Both the position numbers and the translations under genes were made by a program. A stretch of DNA of 64,000 nt from Kiloniellales bacterium (lineage in GTDB: Bacteria; Pseudomonadota; Alphaproteobacteria; Kiloniellales; JAKSDN01): contig JASJEC010000019.1 in assembly GCA_030064845.1 (NCBI GenBank), positions 9,537-73,536 of the forward strand, given 5' to 3'. The notes beneath the pieces are model-generated. The model ran no database searches, was not told the DNA's origin, and worked only from the letters and a program-made list of their open reading frames with translations. Within the stretch, counting starts at the first letter, position 1. The number at the start of each line of letters is the position of its first letter. Below, piece after piece: positions 26,391 to 36,268 of the stretch.

Positions 26391-27200
26391 ATGAATTTTT
26401 GCTCGATCGGGAATCCGACTATTCTTGTGCCTGTCATGGACCGTGCAAGCTTTCATCGACACTTCGATACCCCCGGGCCGGTGGTCTTCCCGGTCATCCA
26501 TGTGCTGGACACGGCGCAGACGGAGAGAAATCTCCGCATCGTCGCGGAGGCGGGCGCGGCCGGGGCCTTCCTGATCAACCACGACTTTCCGGTCGAACCC
26601 TTCCTGCCGATCCTTCGCCGGGTGAGAGCAGACTTTCCGACACTCTGGATGGGGGTGAATTTCCTCGCCGTGACCGGGCGCGACGCCTTTCCGATTCTCG
26701 GTGCTCTTCAGAGAGAGGGTGCGCGCTTCGATGCCTACTGGGCCGACGATGCCTGCATCGACGAGCGGGGCTTCCATTCCGATCAGCCAGAGGCGGAAGC
26801 GATCTCGGCGGCCCGCGAGAGTTCCGGTTGGGAGGGTCTATATTTCGGCGGAACAGCCTTCAAGAAGCAGCGGCCGGTTGCTCCCAAGGATTACGTCAAG
26901 GCGGCGAGGCGGGCGGCGGAATGGATGGACGTCGTGACCACCTCCGGCATGGCAACCGGAGTGGAAGCCGACCTGGACAAGATCGCGGCCTTTCGGTCCG
27001 GACTCGGGCCGCACGCTCTGGCCCTGGCCTCGGGTGTAACGCCGGAGAACGCCCAGTACTATTGCCTCGCGGTCGACTGTTTCCTGGTGGCAACGGGAAT
27101 CAACCACGAAGATGATTTCTACAACATCGATCCGGTGCGTCTGGCGGATCTGATGACTCTCTGCCGTACGCTTGGCAATACTGATTGGGGAGGCCTATGA
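26391..27200 (+). CDS. BtpA/SgcQ-like TIM-barrel protein (tentative)
   Basis: 269 aa. Alternating beta/alpha pattern (PVIHV..., GAFLINHDF...), C-terminal LALASGVTPENAQYY...DCFLVATGI phosphate-binding-like motif. The start is uncertain (26391 or 26436). Confidence 0.5.
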   Translation: MNFCSIGNPTILVPVMDRASFHRHFDTPGPVVFPVIHVLDTAQTERNLRIVAEAGAAGAFLINHDFPVEPFLPILRRVRADFPTLWMGVNFLAVTGRDAFPILGALQREGARFDAYWADDACIDERGFHSDQPEAEAISAARESSGWEGLYFGGTAFKKQRPVAPKDYVKAARRAAEWMDVVTTSGMATGVEADLDKIAAFRSGLGPHALALASGVTPENAQYYCLAVDCFLVATGINHEDDFYNIDPVRLADLMTLCRTLGNTDWGGL

Positions 27201-27832
27201 CCAAAGCGAGTCTCGAACGCGGCCCGAGAGACGACCGCTGGTATCTGCGGATCATGTCGCCCAACACCAAGGGGCCGAAGTTCGCCTGGCTCGATCCGAC
27301 CTCGATCTACATCAACGGCGCGGCCTTCCACGATCTGCTGGACGATCTTCAAGCCGATCTGCAGGGCGCGGAGGTCGATGTCGTGGCCGGCCTGGATGCC
27401 ATGGGCTTCGTGCTTGCCGCAGCCCTGGCGACCCGCCTGGGCGTGGGCATGCTGCCGATCCGCAAGGCCGGCAAGCTCTGCGTCGATACCGACAAGGCGA
27501 CCTTCACCAACTATTCGGGCCGGACCCAGGACATGGAGATGCGCCTGCCGGCCTTCGCGCCTGGCACGAAGGTCCTCCTGGTCGACCAGTGGATCGAAAC
27601 CGGCGGGACCATGCAGGGCGCGATTCAGTTGGTCACGGCGCAAGGAGGAATCGTCGCCGGCCTGGTCGCGATCGCCATCGAGGAGAACGAGACGACCAAT
27701 GCCTTTCGCGAGGACTATCTCTGTGTGTCGGCGGTGGTGCCTGGCTCATTCTGGCAGGTGGAGTGCAACGGCCAAACCCTGAGCTCCTTCGGCAGCTACA
27801 AACCGGAGATGGCTTTTCCGGCCCGCCGTTGA
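27197..27832 (+). CDS. Type I phosphoribosyltransferase, adenine-PRT-like with an N-terminal extension
   Basis: ATGA overlap with the previous gene. Alignable by eye to E. coli Apt (VVAGLDAMGFVLAAALATRLGVGMLPIRKAGKL...). The PRPP loop is VLLVDQWIETGGT. Confidence 0.75.
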   Translation: MTKASLERGPRDDRWYLRIMSPNTKGPKFAWLDPTSIYINGAAFHDLLDDLQADLQGAEVDVVAGLDAMGFVLAAALATRLGVGMLPIRKAGKLCVDTDKATFTNYSGRTQDMEMRLPAFAPGTKVLLVDQWIETGGTMQGAIQLVTAQGGIVAGLVAIAIEENETTNAFREDYLCVSAVVPGSFWQVECNGQTLSSFGSYKPEMAFPARR

Positions 27833-27856
27833 GCCTCCCGGCTGGCGTCTCTACCC

Positions 27857-28921
27857 GTGCCGCGGACGGCGTTCCGTGGTAGCTTGCGGCTTGGATGGAA
27901 CCTCCGAGCGAACCCCGTGTCTTACAGTCTGGATCGCAGAATTTCCGTCGCGCCCATGATGGACTGGACGGACCGCCACGACCGCTTCTTCCTGCGGCTG
28001 ATCTCGCGGCGCGCCCTGCTCTATACCGAGATGATCCCGGTCGGCGCGATCCTGCACGGCGACCGGGAGCGGTTCCTCGGCTTCGACCCGGCCGAGCGGC
28101 CCCTGGCGCTGCAGGTCGGCGGCGCGGCGCCGGCGGACCTCGCGGTCGCCGCCGAGCAGGCCGAGGCCTATGGTTACGACGAGGTTAACCTCAACGTCGG
28201 CTGCCCGAGCGACCGGGTCCAGAACGCCCGCTTCGGCGCCTGCCTCATGGCCGAGCCGGCGCTCGTCGCGCGCTGCGTCGCGGCCATGGGCCGCGCCTCG
28301 AGCCTGCCGGTCACGGTGAAGACCCGGATCGGCATCGACGACCGGGACTCCTACGACGAGCTCAAGGCCTTCGTCGCGGCGGTCGCCGAGGCCGGCTGCC
28401 GCAGCTTCACGATCCACGCCCGCAAGGCCTGGCTCTCCGGCCTCAGCCCGAAGCAGAACCGCGAGATCCCTCCGCTGGACTACGAGCGAGTCTATCGCCT
28501 GAAGGCGGACTTCCCGGCGCTGGAGATCGTGATCAATGGCGGCATCCTCGACTTGGAGGCCGCCGAGGCCCACCTCGCCCGGGGGGTCGACGGCGTGATG
28601 ATCGGCCGCGCGGCCTACCAGAACCCCTACGTCCTGGCCGAGGTCGACCGGCGCTTTTTTGGCGATTCTGCGGCGCCGCCGAGCCGGGCGGCGGTGGTCC
28701 GCTCCCTGGTGTCCTACGCCGAGGCGGCGGGGCGGCGGGGCGTGCCGGTCAAGTCGATCACCAGGCATATCCTGGGACTGTTCAACGGCCTGCCCGGGGC
28801 CCGCCAGTGGCGCCGCCACCTGAGCGAGGCGGCCCACAAGCCTGGCGCCGGCCCCGAGGTGATGCTGGAGGCGCTCGCCCAGGTCGAGGCACGGCTACAG
28901 GCCCGCGGTCTCGCCGCGTAG
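27857..28921 (+). CDS. dusA: tRNA-dihydrouridine(20/20a) synthase DusA
   Basis: RISVAPMMDWTDRHDRFFLRLISRRALLYTEM..., NLNVGCPSDRV, TVKTRIG. The start is uncertain (27857 or GTG 27917). Confidence 0.88.
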   Translation: MPRTAFRGSLRLGWNLRANPVSYSLDRRISVAPMMDWTDRHDRFFLRLISRRALLYTEMIPVGAILHGDRERFLGFDPAERPLALQVGGAAPADLAVAAEQAEAYGYDEVNLNVGCPSDRVQNARFGACLMAEPALVARCVAAMGRASSLPVTVKTRIGIDDRDSYDELKAFVAAVAEAGCRSFTIHARKAWLSGLSPKQNREIPPLDYERVYRLKADFPALEIVINGGILDLEAAEAHLARGVDGVMIGRAAYQNPYVLAEVDRRFFGDSAAPPSRAAVVRSLVSYAEAAGRRGVPVKSITRHILGLFNGLPGARQWRRHLSEAAHKPGAGPEVMLEALAQVEARLQARGLAA

Positions 28922-29081
28922 GAGGCCCGACGCCCCCACCCCGAGGGCGCTTGGTTCGCCGTCCAGCCGGGGCTTTTCAAGGCCGGCGGCTCACGGCATC
29001 TTTATCTCCCGTGCGGTGAACGGCGGGGCGGCCGGCCCCACCTAGACGATCCTGAGCATAGGCTTCGAAGGAGGAGGCACC

Positions 29082-29840
29082 ATGCGGACGGCGGAGGCGA
29101 TCGAGCGGGTCGCGATCCAGTCGGACGTCGACCTGGCAGGCCTGCCGGGCGAGCAGCTCGAGGCCATGGCCGAGGCCGGGCGCGAACTGGTCGAGATCCA
29201 CCGAATCCTGGCCAAGACCGGCGACAACGTGGTCGGCGAGCTACTGCGCGACCAGGGGACCTTCTATGAATGGGACCATTATCCTAAAGGCGACGTCTAT
29301 GACAACGAGACCCACGGCCAGTACTACTACCATGCGCACCCTTTCGCCGACCGCTTCGAGAAGGAACACGGCCACTTCCACACCTTCATCCGGCCCAAGG
29401 GCATGCCCGAGGGGATCGAGCCGGCCAAGGTGCCCGAGTACAAGAAGCCCAAGGACCCGAACGACGCGCTCTGTCACCTGATCGCCGTTTCGATGGACAA
29501 GATGGGCTTCCCGTTCCGGCTGTTCACGGTCAATCGCTGGGTGACCGGCGAGGTCTGGTACGAGGCCGAGGACGTCGCCCGCCTGCTCGACCACTTCGAG
29601 ATCGACCACGCCCGCCCGTCCTGGCCGGTCAACCGCTGGATCACCGCGGTTCTCCGGCTCATGAAGCCGCAGATCGTCGAGCTGGTCCAGCGGCGCGACC
29701 GGACCGTGGCCGACTGGCGCGCGCGGAACCCCGGCGCCAATGTCTTCGAGGACCGGGACCTGGAGGTGACCTCCTACCTCGATTTCTCGATCGAGGAGCA
29801 GATCCGGGCGGTCGGCCAGGCGATGATCGGCCGCGGCTGA
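29082..29840 (+). CDS. Conserved hypothetical protein with a His-rich putative metal site
   Basis: 252 aa with a strong SD (gaaggaggaggcaccATG). Segment WDHYPKGDVYDNETHGQYYYHAHPFADRFEKEHGHFHTF. Confidence 0.7.
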   Translation: MRTAEAIERVAIQSDVDLAGLPGEQLEAMAEAGRELVEIHRILAKTGDNVVGELLRDQGTFYEWDHYPKGDVYDNETHGQYYYHAHPFADRFEKEHGHFHTFIRPKGMPEGIEPAKVPEYKKPKDPNDALCHLIAVSMDKMGFPFRLFTVNRWVTGEVWYEAEDVARLLDHFEIDHARPSWPVNRWITAVLRLMKPQIVELVQRRDRTVADWRARNPGANVFEDRDLEVTSYLDFSIEEQIRAVGQAMIGRG

Positions 29841-30059
29841 AGGTTCTTCCGGGGCCTGGCCGGGCCCCCTCCCAACGGCCGGAAGCGCCCTAATCTCCCT
29901 GCGCTAGACCCTTTCGAGGGGCCCGGAGGGCACGAATGTCAGGGTGCGTTAAACAAGGCTTAGCCACTTAACGTTACACTAACCGCGTTCAACCGCATTG
30001 GTCCTGGGGCGGGCGGTTCGGGCCGCCTCGACGCCCCGCCGGCCTGACGCAAGGACGAC

Positions 30060-31175
30060 ATGAGCAAGACACTTTCCAAGGCCGACGTCGAGCGGCTGAT
30101 CAACGATCCGACGGCCGATGCGCGCGCCGAGACGGCGGCCAAGGTGGCGCACGAGTTCGGCGCCAAGAGCTTGTCCAAGAACGAGCGCAAGCTGGCCGAG
30201 GAGATCTTCCGGGTCCTGGTCAAGGACGCCGAGGTCCGGGTGCGCGAGGCGCTCTCTGTCGGGCTCAAGCACTCGGACGACCTGCCGCACGACGTGGCGC
30301 TGACCCTGGCCAAGGACGTCGAGCAGGTCAGCCTGCCGATCCTGCGCTTCTCGGAGGTGCTGCGTGACGAGGACCTCATCGAGATCATCCGCGAAGCGGC
30401 GCCGGCCAAGCAGCAGACCATCGCCCAGCGCGACCGCGTCGCGCCCGGTGTCGCCGACGCGCTGATCGACAGCGAGAACGACGTCGCCGTGGCCCACCTG
30501 GTCGCCAACCAGGGGGCGGAGCTCGACGACGAGGCGATCGGCCGTGTGCTTGACCGCTACGAGAGCAGCGAGGCGGTCGCCGACTCGCTGGTCCGCCGGC
30601 CGAACCTCTCGGCGGCGATCTCCGAGCGCCTGGTGTCGGCGCTCAGCAGCCGTCTGGAGTCCTTCCTGGTCGAGCAGCACGACCTGGCGGCCGATACCGC
30701 CAGCAGCCTGATCCTTCAGGTGCGCGAGCGCGCCACGGTCAGTCTCTTGAGCGACGGCTCGAGCGACGAGGAGCTCGAGCGCCTGGTCGAGCAGCTCCAT
30801 GTCAACGGCCGGCTGACCCCGACGCTGGTGCTGCGCGCGCTCTGCATGGGCGACATCGCCTTCTTCGAGGTCGCGCTGGCTCGCCTGGCCGGCGTACCGG
30901 TCCAGAACGCCCGGATCCTGATCCACGACAAGGGCACCCTGGGCCTGGAATCGATCTACCTGCGCGCCGGCCTGCCCGAGCGGCTCTTCGCCGCGGTGCG
31001 CGCCGGCATCGAGGTGGTCGAGGAGACCGACTACGACGGTGGCGAGAACGACCGCAACCGCTATATCGAGCGGATGCTGGAGCGCATCCTGACCCAGTGC
31101 GAGGACCCGAGCGAGCGCCTGTCGGATGACGACATCGAGTTCCTCATGTCCAAGCTGCAACAGCTCGCCGCCTGA
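30060..31175 (+). CDS. DUF2336-domain protein
   Basis: 371 aa of HEAT-like helical repeats (VRVREALSVGLKHSDDLPHDVALTLAKD...), as in alphaproteobacterial DUF2336 proteins. Confidence 0.7.
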   Translation: MSKTLSKADVERLINDPTADARAETAAKVAHEFGAKSLSKNERKLAEEIFRVLVKDAEVRVREALSVGLKHSDDLPHDVALTLAKDVEQVSLPILRFSEVLRDEDLIEIIREAAPAKQQTIAQRDRVAPGVADALIDSENDVAVAHLVANQGAELDDEAIGRVLDRYESSEAVADSLVRRPNLSAAISERLVSALSSRLESFLVEQHDLAADTASSLILQVRERATVSLLSDGSSDEELERLVEQLHVNGRLTPTLVLRALCMGDIAFFEVALARLAGVPVQNARILIHDKGTLGLESIYLRAGLPERLFAAVRAGIEVVEETDYDGGENDRNRYIERMLERILTQCEDPSERLSDDDIEFLMSKLQQLAA

Positions 31176-31228
31176 CCTCCTGGCTGATTTCGCCACCGGA
31201 TCAAGCAGGCTTCTGAAAACCTCTCAGT

Positions 31229-31323
31229 CCTTGATCACCGTCATCCTTCGACAAGCTCAGGATGAGGGTATCTGCTCGTAAATGGATCGCCCTCACCCTG
31301 AGCTTGTCGAAGGGTGACGGTGC
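31229..31323. repeat. Intergenic palindromic repeat, family A
   Basis: ccttgatcaccgtcatccttcgacaagctcaggatgaggg ... ccctcaccctgagcttgtcgaagggtgacggtg. Confidence 0.8.
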
Positions 31324-31432
31324 CAACTCAGTGCCCTTCCCACAGCCTGCTGCCGCTTGACGGAACCGCCGCGCCCTGCTGTAGATCGCGGCCGTTGAAC
31401 GCCTTCCGTCGAGCCGCCTTTATGAGGGTCCC

Positions 31433-32398
31433 ATGAGCGAGAAACCGGTTGTCCTGGTTGGGCGCAAGCTGCCGCCTGCGGTCGAGGCGCGTCTGGCACG
31501 GGACTACCAGGCGCGTCTGAACGAGAGCGACCGGCTCTATACCAGCGAAGAGCTTCTGGCCCTGGCCGAGGGCGCCGACGCCATCCTGCCGTGCCACACC
31601 GAGCGCTTCCCGCCCGAGGTCCTGGGCCGCCTGCCGGAAAGCGTCAGGATCATCGCCAACATGTCGGTCGGGGTCGACCACGTCGACCTCGGCGCCGCGG
31701 CCGGCCACGGCATCGTGGTGACCAACACGCCCGATGTGCTGTCGGACGCGACCGCGGAGATCGCCATGCTGCTGATGCTGGGCGCGGCACGGCGGGCGAG
31801 CGAAGGCGAGCGCCTGATCCGCGCCGGGCAGTGGCGCGACTGGAGCCCGGCCTTCATGGTCGGCACCCAGGTGACCGGCAAGCGCTTCGGGGTGATCGGC
31901 ATGGGCCGGGTCGGTCAGGTGACCGCCCGGCGCGCCCGGGGTTTCGACATGGCGGTCCACTACCACAACCGCCGGCGCCTCGACCCGGCGGCCGAGGCCG
32001 GCGCGGTGTTCCACGAGACCGTCGAGGACCTGATTGCGGCGAGCGACGTGCTCTCGCTGCACTGCCCCAACACGCCGGAGACCGAGGGGCTGCTGAACGC
32101 CGAGCGCCTCGCCCTGCTGCCCGAGGACGCGATCGTGGTGAACACGGCGCGGGGCGCGATCGTCGACGACCCGGCGCTGATCGCGGCGCTCCGGTCGGGC
32201 AGGGTGGCGGCGGCCGGCCTCGACGTCTTCAACGGCGAGCCGGCGCTCGACCCCGCCTACCGCGAGCTGGACAACACCTTCCTGCTGCCGCACATCGGCA
32301 GCGCCACCCGCGAGACCCGGGACGCCATGGGCTTCCGCGCCTGCGACAACCTCGACGCCTTCTTCGCCGGCCGCGCGCCGGGCGACCGCGTCGCCTAA
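31433..32398 (+). CDS. D-isomer-specific 2-hydroxyacid dehydrogenase (glyoxylate/hydroxypyruvate reductase-like)
   Basis: 321 aa. GVIGMGRVGQ NAD motif, VNTARG, catalytic-His region LLPHIGSAT. Confidence 0.85.
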   Translation: MSEKPVVLVGRKLPPAVEARLARDYQARLNESDRLYTSEELLALAEGADAILPCHTERFPPEVLGRLPESVRIIANMSVGVDHVDLGAAAGHGIVVTNTPDVLSDATAEIAMLLMLGAARRASEGERLIRAGQWRDWSPAFMVGTQVTGKRFGVIGMGRVGQVTARRARGFDMAVHYHNRRRLDPAAEAGAVFHETVEDLIAASDVLSLHCPNTPETEGLLNAERLALLPEDAIVVNTARGAIVDDPALIAALRSGRVAAAGLDVFNGEPALDPAYRELDNTFLLPHIGSATRETRDAMGFRACDNLDAFFAGRAPGDRVA

Positions 32399-32401
32399 CA
32401 C

Positions 32402-32444
32402 CACCCTCACCCTGACCCTTCTCAAGGGAGAGGGATCGGGGCGG
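32402..32444. repeat. Short palindromic repeat, family C-like (ccctcaccc...gagaggg)
   Basis: caccctcaccctgacccttctcaagggagagggatcggggcgg, directly after the stop codon. Confidence 0.55.
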
Positions 32445-32757
32445 CGCGAGCCATCAAGAGCATCCATTCGGTCGAGTTGAGTGCGGCTGGTTCGCGGCGG
32501 CGGCCCTTGGGAGCTGTCACAAAAGTCACTTGCGAAGGGCCTGGAAATAGCCGAGAGTCCCGACGCGTCCAGGGGGAGGCGCGAACAGGAAGTGAACAGG
32601 AGGCAGCTTGGGCGCCCAGGCGCCCACGCCGGCCGATAACAAGAAGATAAGCTTCGCCGGCGGACCAACGACACCAAGAACTTTGGCACTCTGATCGGAC
32701 TCCCGGCGCCGCGGCCGACGGCCCCGCCGGGTAAAATCGCCTTAGGGAGGTACAGCA

Positions 32758-33912
32758 ATGGTTATGACGAAAGTCACGAAACGCAACTCGACGCTCGCCG
32801 AGGAGAACAAGGGCAAGGCGGCGACCCGCCGGAAGTTCCTGACCGGCGCGGGCGTCGCCGCGGCCGGCGCGGCGACCATGGTCGCGGCGCCCAACGTCGC
32901 GACCGCGGCACCGACGGTGCTCAAGGTCCAGGCGGCCTGGGGCGGCGGCATCTTTCTCGAGAACGCGAAGAGCTATGTCGACCGCGTGAACTCCATGGCC
33001 GGCAAGGACCTGAAGATCGACCTTCTGTCGGTCAACTCCGTGGTCAAGACCAGCCAGATGCAGGATGCCGTGCACCGCGGCGTCCTCGACGGCGCCCACT
33101 ACGTGCCCGCGTACTGGTATTCCAAGTCGCCGGCGGCGTCCCTGTTCGGCACCGGCCCCTGCTTCGGCTGGTCGGCGCAGGAGCTGCTCGGCTGGATCCA
33201 CTACGGCGGCGGCATGGACCTCTTCAACGAGTTGATGGGGACCCTCGGCCTGAACCTGGTCAGCTTCTTCAACAGCCCGATGCCGGCGCAGCCGCTCGGG
33301 TGGTTCAAGGAAGAGATCAAGGACGCTTCCCAGATGAAGGGCCTGAAGTACCGCACGGTCGGCCTGGCGGCGGACGTGCTGAACGAGATGGGCATGTCGG
33401 TCGTGCAGCTGCCGGGCGGCGAAATTCAGCCGGCGATGAAGAGCGGCCTGATCGATGCCGCCGAGTTCAACAACCCGACCTCGGACAGCGACTTCGGCAT
33501 GCAGGACGTGTCCAAGCACTACCACTTGGCCAGCTTCCACCAGTCCCAGGAGTGCTTCGAGGTCACCTTCAACAGGAAGAAGTACGATTCCTTGTCGAAG
33601 GAGCACCAGGCCATTCTGAAGTACGCTTCCGAGGCCGAGAACTCGAACTTCTACTGGCACAACACCCTTCGCTACGCGGATGACCTGGTGAAGCTGAAGG
33701 AGAAGCACGGCGTGAATGTCTACCGCACGCCGGACTCGGTCATGGCCGATCAGCTGAAGGGGTGGGACATCGTCGTCGAGCGTATCTCGTCGCAGGATCC
33801 CTTCTTCGCCAAGGTGGTCAAGTCGCAGAAAGAATACGCCAAGAAGGTGATGAACTACCTGCTGCTGAACCAGCCGGACTACGCCCTCGCCTACAAGCAC
33901 CACTTCGGCTGA
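32758..33912 (+). CDS. TRAP transporter substrate-binding protein (DctP-type) with a Tat signal
   Basis: 384 aa, SD agggagg. ATRRKFLTGAGVAAAGAATMVAAPNVATA; followed by dctQ/dctM. Confidence 0.85.
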   Translation: MVMTKVTKRNSTLAEENKGKAATRRKFLTGAGVAAAGAATMVAAPNVATAAPTVLKVQAAWGGGIFLENAKSYVDRVNSMAGKDLKIDLLSVNSVVKTSQMQDAVHRGVLDGAHYVPAYWYSKSPAASLFGTGPCFGWSAQELLGWIHYGGGMDLFNELMGTLGLNLVSFFNSPMPAQPLGWFKEEIKDASQMKGLKYRTVGLAADVLNEMGMSVVQLPGGEIQPAMKSGLIDAAEFNNPTSDSDFGMQDVSKHYHLASFHQSQECFEVTFNRKKYDSLSKEHQAILKYASEAENSNFYWHNTLRYADDLVKLKEKHGVNVYRTPDSVMADQLKGWDIVVERISSQDPFFAKVVKSQKEYAKKVMNYLLLNQPDYALAYKHHFG

Positions 33913-34025
33913 ACCGATCCGTACCTTTTGCAAGACCGTTACGCAAAATCGTGCAGTCATAGAGGGACAGCCGAGGGGCTGTCCCTCTCATAACTTGAAG
34001 AGACTGCAAGGGTGGGGGACTAGCC

Positions 34026-34601
34026 GTGGTTTCCTTTATTCACGCGATTGAACAGCTCAGTATCTGGGTTGGGCGCGCCTTCGGCTGGTGCATCCTGATC
34101 CTGACGCTTTCAGTCGTCTATGAAGTCTTTATGCGCTACGTGCTCAACGCGCCCACCGTGTGGGTTTTCGACATGATGGTGCAGATGTACGGCGCGCTCT
34201 TCCTCATGGCCGGGCCCTACGCTCTCGCCCAGGACACCCACGTGCGGGCCGACGTGGTCTACCGCTTCCTGTCGGTCCGCTGGCAGGGCCGTGTCGACCT
34301 GCTTCTCTACATCGTCTTCTTCTTCCCGGGCATGCTGGCCCTGGTCTGGTTCGGTTGGGAAATCGCCATGGACTCCTGGCGTTACAAGGAAGTCAGCTGG
34401 AACAGCCCGGCGCGCATCCAGATCTATTTCTTCAAGACCCTGATCCCGCTGGCCGGCGGACTGTTCATCATTCAGGGCATCGCGGAATGCATGCGGTGCT
34501 ATCTGGCGATCAAGACCAACAAGTGGCTGCCGCGGCTGGAGGACGCAAAGGAAACGGAAGACATCCTGCAGGCTCAGGCCGCTGAGCTCGAAAAAAGGTA
34601 A
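34026..34601 (+). CDS. TRAP transporter small permease (DctQ)
   Basis: 191 aa with a GTG start and four TM segments. Typical position between P and M. Confidence 0.8.
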   Translation: MVSFIHAIEQLSIWVGRAFGWCILILTLSVVYEVFMRYVLNAPTVWVFDMMVQMYGALFLMAGPYALAQDTHVRADVVYRFLSVRWQGRVDLLLYIVFFFPGMLALVWFGWEIAMDSWRYKEVSWNSPARIQIYFFKTLIPLAGGLFIIQGIAECMRCYLAIKTNKWLPRLEDAKETEDILQAQAAELEKR

Positions 34602-34645
34602 CCCCATTTCATGACGCCAAGACGTGACACGGAGCAGGCCGCAGG

Positions 34646-36013
34646 ATGACCAATCCCGAAGTCGCAATCCTGATGCTGACCCTCTTTATCATCATGATAC
34701 TGTTTGGGTTTCCGGTCGCCTTCACGCTGCTCGCCATGGGCGTCGGCTTCGGCTACTACGCCTACTATCAGCCCGGCTCCTTCGAGTCGCTCGGCGATAT
34801 CTTCAATAACAACATCTTCTACCTGCTGAACCAGAACACCTACTCGGTGATGGAGAACGACACCCTTGTCGCGATCCCGCTGTTCCTCTTCATGGGGTAC
34901 GTGGTCGAGCGCGCCAACATCGTCACCAAGCTTTTCTATGCGCTGCAAATGGCGGCCCGCAATCTGCCCGGTTCCATGGCCATCGCCGCCTTGATCACCT
35001 GCGCGGTGTTTTCGACCGCCAGCGGCATCGTTGGCGCGGTGGTGACGCTGATGGGACTCCTGGCGTTTCCGGCGATGGCCAAGGCCCAATACGAGAAGAG
35101 CTTCGCCTCGGGCGTGATCTGTGCCGGCGGGACGCTCGGCATCCTGATCCCGCCCTCGATTATGCTGATCGTCTACGCGGCAATCGCGGAGCTCTCGCCT
35201 CTGCGGCTCTATGCCGCGGCCGTGCTCCCGGGGTTTCTGCTGGCCGGCTGCTACATCGTCTACGTCATCATCCGCGTCGGGTTCAATCCGTCGATCGCGC
35301 CGAAACCGCGCGAGGAGGATATTCCACCGAGGCGCGTCGTCTACCTCGAGCTTCTGACCTCCTTCGTCCCCTTGACCGCCCTCATCATGCTGGTGCTCGG
35401 CTCCATTCTGGGCGGCCTCGCGACACCGGCGGAGGCCGCCGCGATGGGCGCCTTCGGCGGGCTGGTGCTGGCGGCGCTCTATCGCTCGCTCAACTGGGAG
35501 ATGCTCAAGGCCTCGGTCTACCTGACGGCGAAGGCGACGGCGATGGTCTGCTGGCTCTTCGTCGGATCCTGGACCTTCGCGTCGGTCTTCTCCTACCTGG
35601 GCGGTCACGAGATCATCGAGCACTTCGTCCTCGGGCTGAACCTCGAGCCCTGGCAGTTCCTGGTCATGGTCCAGGTGATCATCTTCCTCCTGGGCTGGCC
35701 CCTGGAGTGGTCGGAGATCCTGATCATCTTCGTGCCGATCTTCCTGCCCATGCTGCCCGCATTCGACGTGAACCCCTATTTCTTCGCCATGCTCGTGGCG
35801 CTCAACCTTCAGACCTCGTTCCTGACTCCGCCCATGGCCATGTCCGCCTATTACCTGAAGGGGGTCGTGGGAAGAGGGATCGAGTTGGCGCAGATCTTCA
35901 AGGGCATCATGCCCTATCTGGGCATCGTCATCTTCATCATGGTCATGATGTACCAGTTCCCGGGGATCGCGCTGTGGCTGCCGGATGTCCTGTTCGGCAA
36001 GTACATTCCGTGA
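34646..36013 (+). CDS. TRAP transporter large permease (DctM)
   Basis: 455 aa, polytopic, with DctM-type sequence (…LFLFMGYVVERANI…, …GGTLGILIPPSI…). Confidence 0.88.
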   Translation: MTNPEVAILMLTLFIIMILFGFPVAFTLLAMGVGFGYYAYYQPGSFESLGDIFNNNIFYLLNQNTYSVMENDTLVAIPLFLFMGYVVERANIVTKLFYALQMAARNLPGSMAIAALITCAVFSTASGIVGAVVTLMGLLAFPAMAKAQYEKSFASGVICAGGTLGILIPPSIMLIVYAAIAELSPLRLYAAAVLPGFLLAGCYIVYVIIRVGFNPSIAPKPREEDIPPRRVVYLELLTSFVPLTALIMLVLGSILGGLATPAEAAAMGAFGGLVLAALYRSLNWEMLKASVYLTAKATAMVCWLFVGSWTFASVFSYLGGHEIIEHFVLGLNLEPWQFLVMVQVIIFLLGWPLEWSEILIIFVPIFLPMLPAFDVNPYFFAMLVALNLQTSFLTPPMAMSAYYLKGVVGRGIELAQIFKGIMPYLGIVIFIMVMMYQFPGIALWLPDVLFGKYIP

Positions 36014-36046
36014 GCAGGGATACGGGCTTGAGGAAGCGAGAACGCG

Positions 36047-36244
36047 ATGTCGCCTGAAACCATTGAGAAGATTTCCGGACTGATCGGCTCGTTCATGATC
36101 GCCGGCTTCGTGCTCGGTCTGGCGGAGAGCATTTCTTCCGGCGCCGCCGGTTTCTGGGGCGGCTTCCCCTTCTGGGTCATCTGCATCGCTGTCCTGGGGC
36201 TGGTGTTCTACGACTTCTGGGAGTCCTGCTTCCGCAAGAAGTAG
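36047..36244 (+). CDS. Small two-TM membrane protein in the TRAP-amidase operon
   Basis: 65 aa with two hydrophobic helices (LIGSFMIAGFVLGLAE / FPFWVICIAVLGLVFY). It sits 33 nt after dctM and 24 nt before the amidase, with a gagga upstream. Confidence 0.55.
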   Translation: MSPETIEKISGLIGSFMIAGFVLGLAESISSGAAGFWGGFPFWVICIAVLGLVFYDFWESCFRKK

Positions 36245-36268
36245 GGACCTGTCTGCAGCTTTGATGTC

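Noticed and set aside
32445-32757. A riboswitch (for example a guanidine or amino-acid class) in the long TRAP operon leader.
   Set aside because: I could not match the sequence to any riboswitch consensus I know (no ykkC-like ACGR/GGGA arrangement and so on). It is retained only as an unexplained long leader within a finding. A cmscan against Rfam would be decisive.
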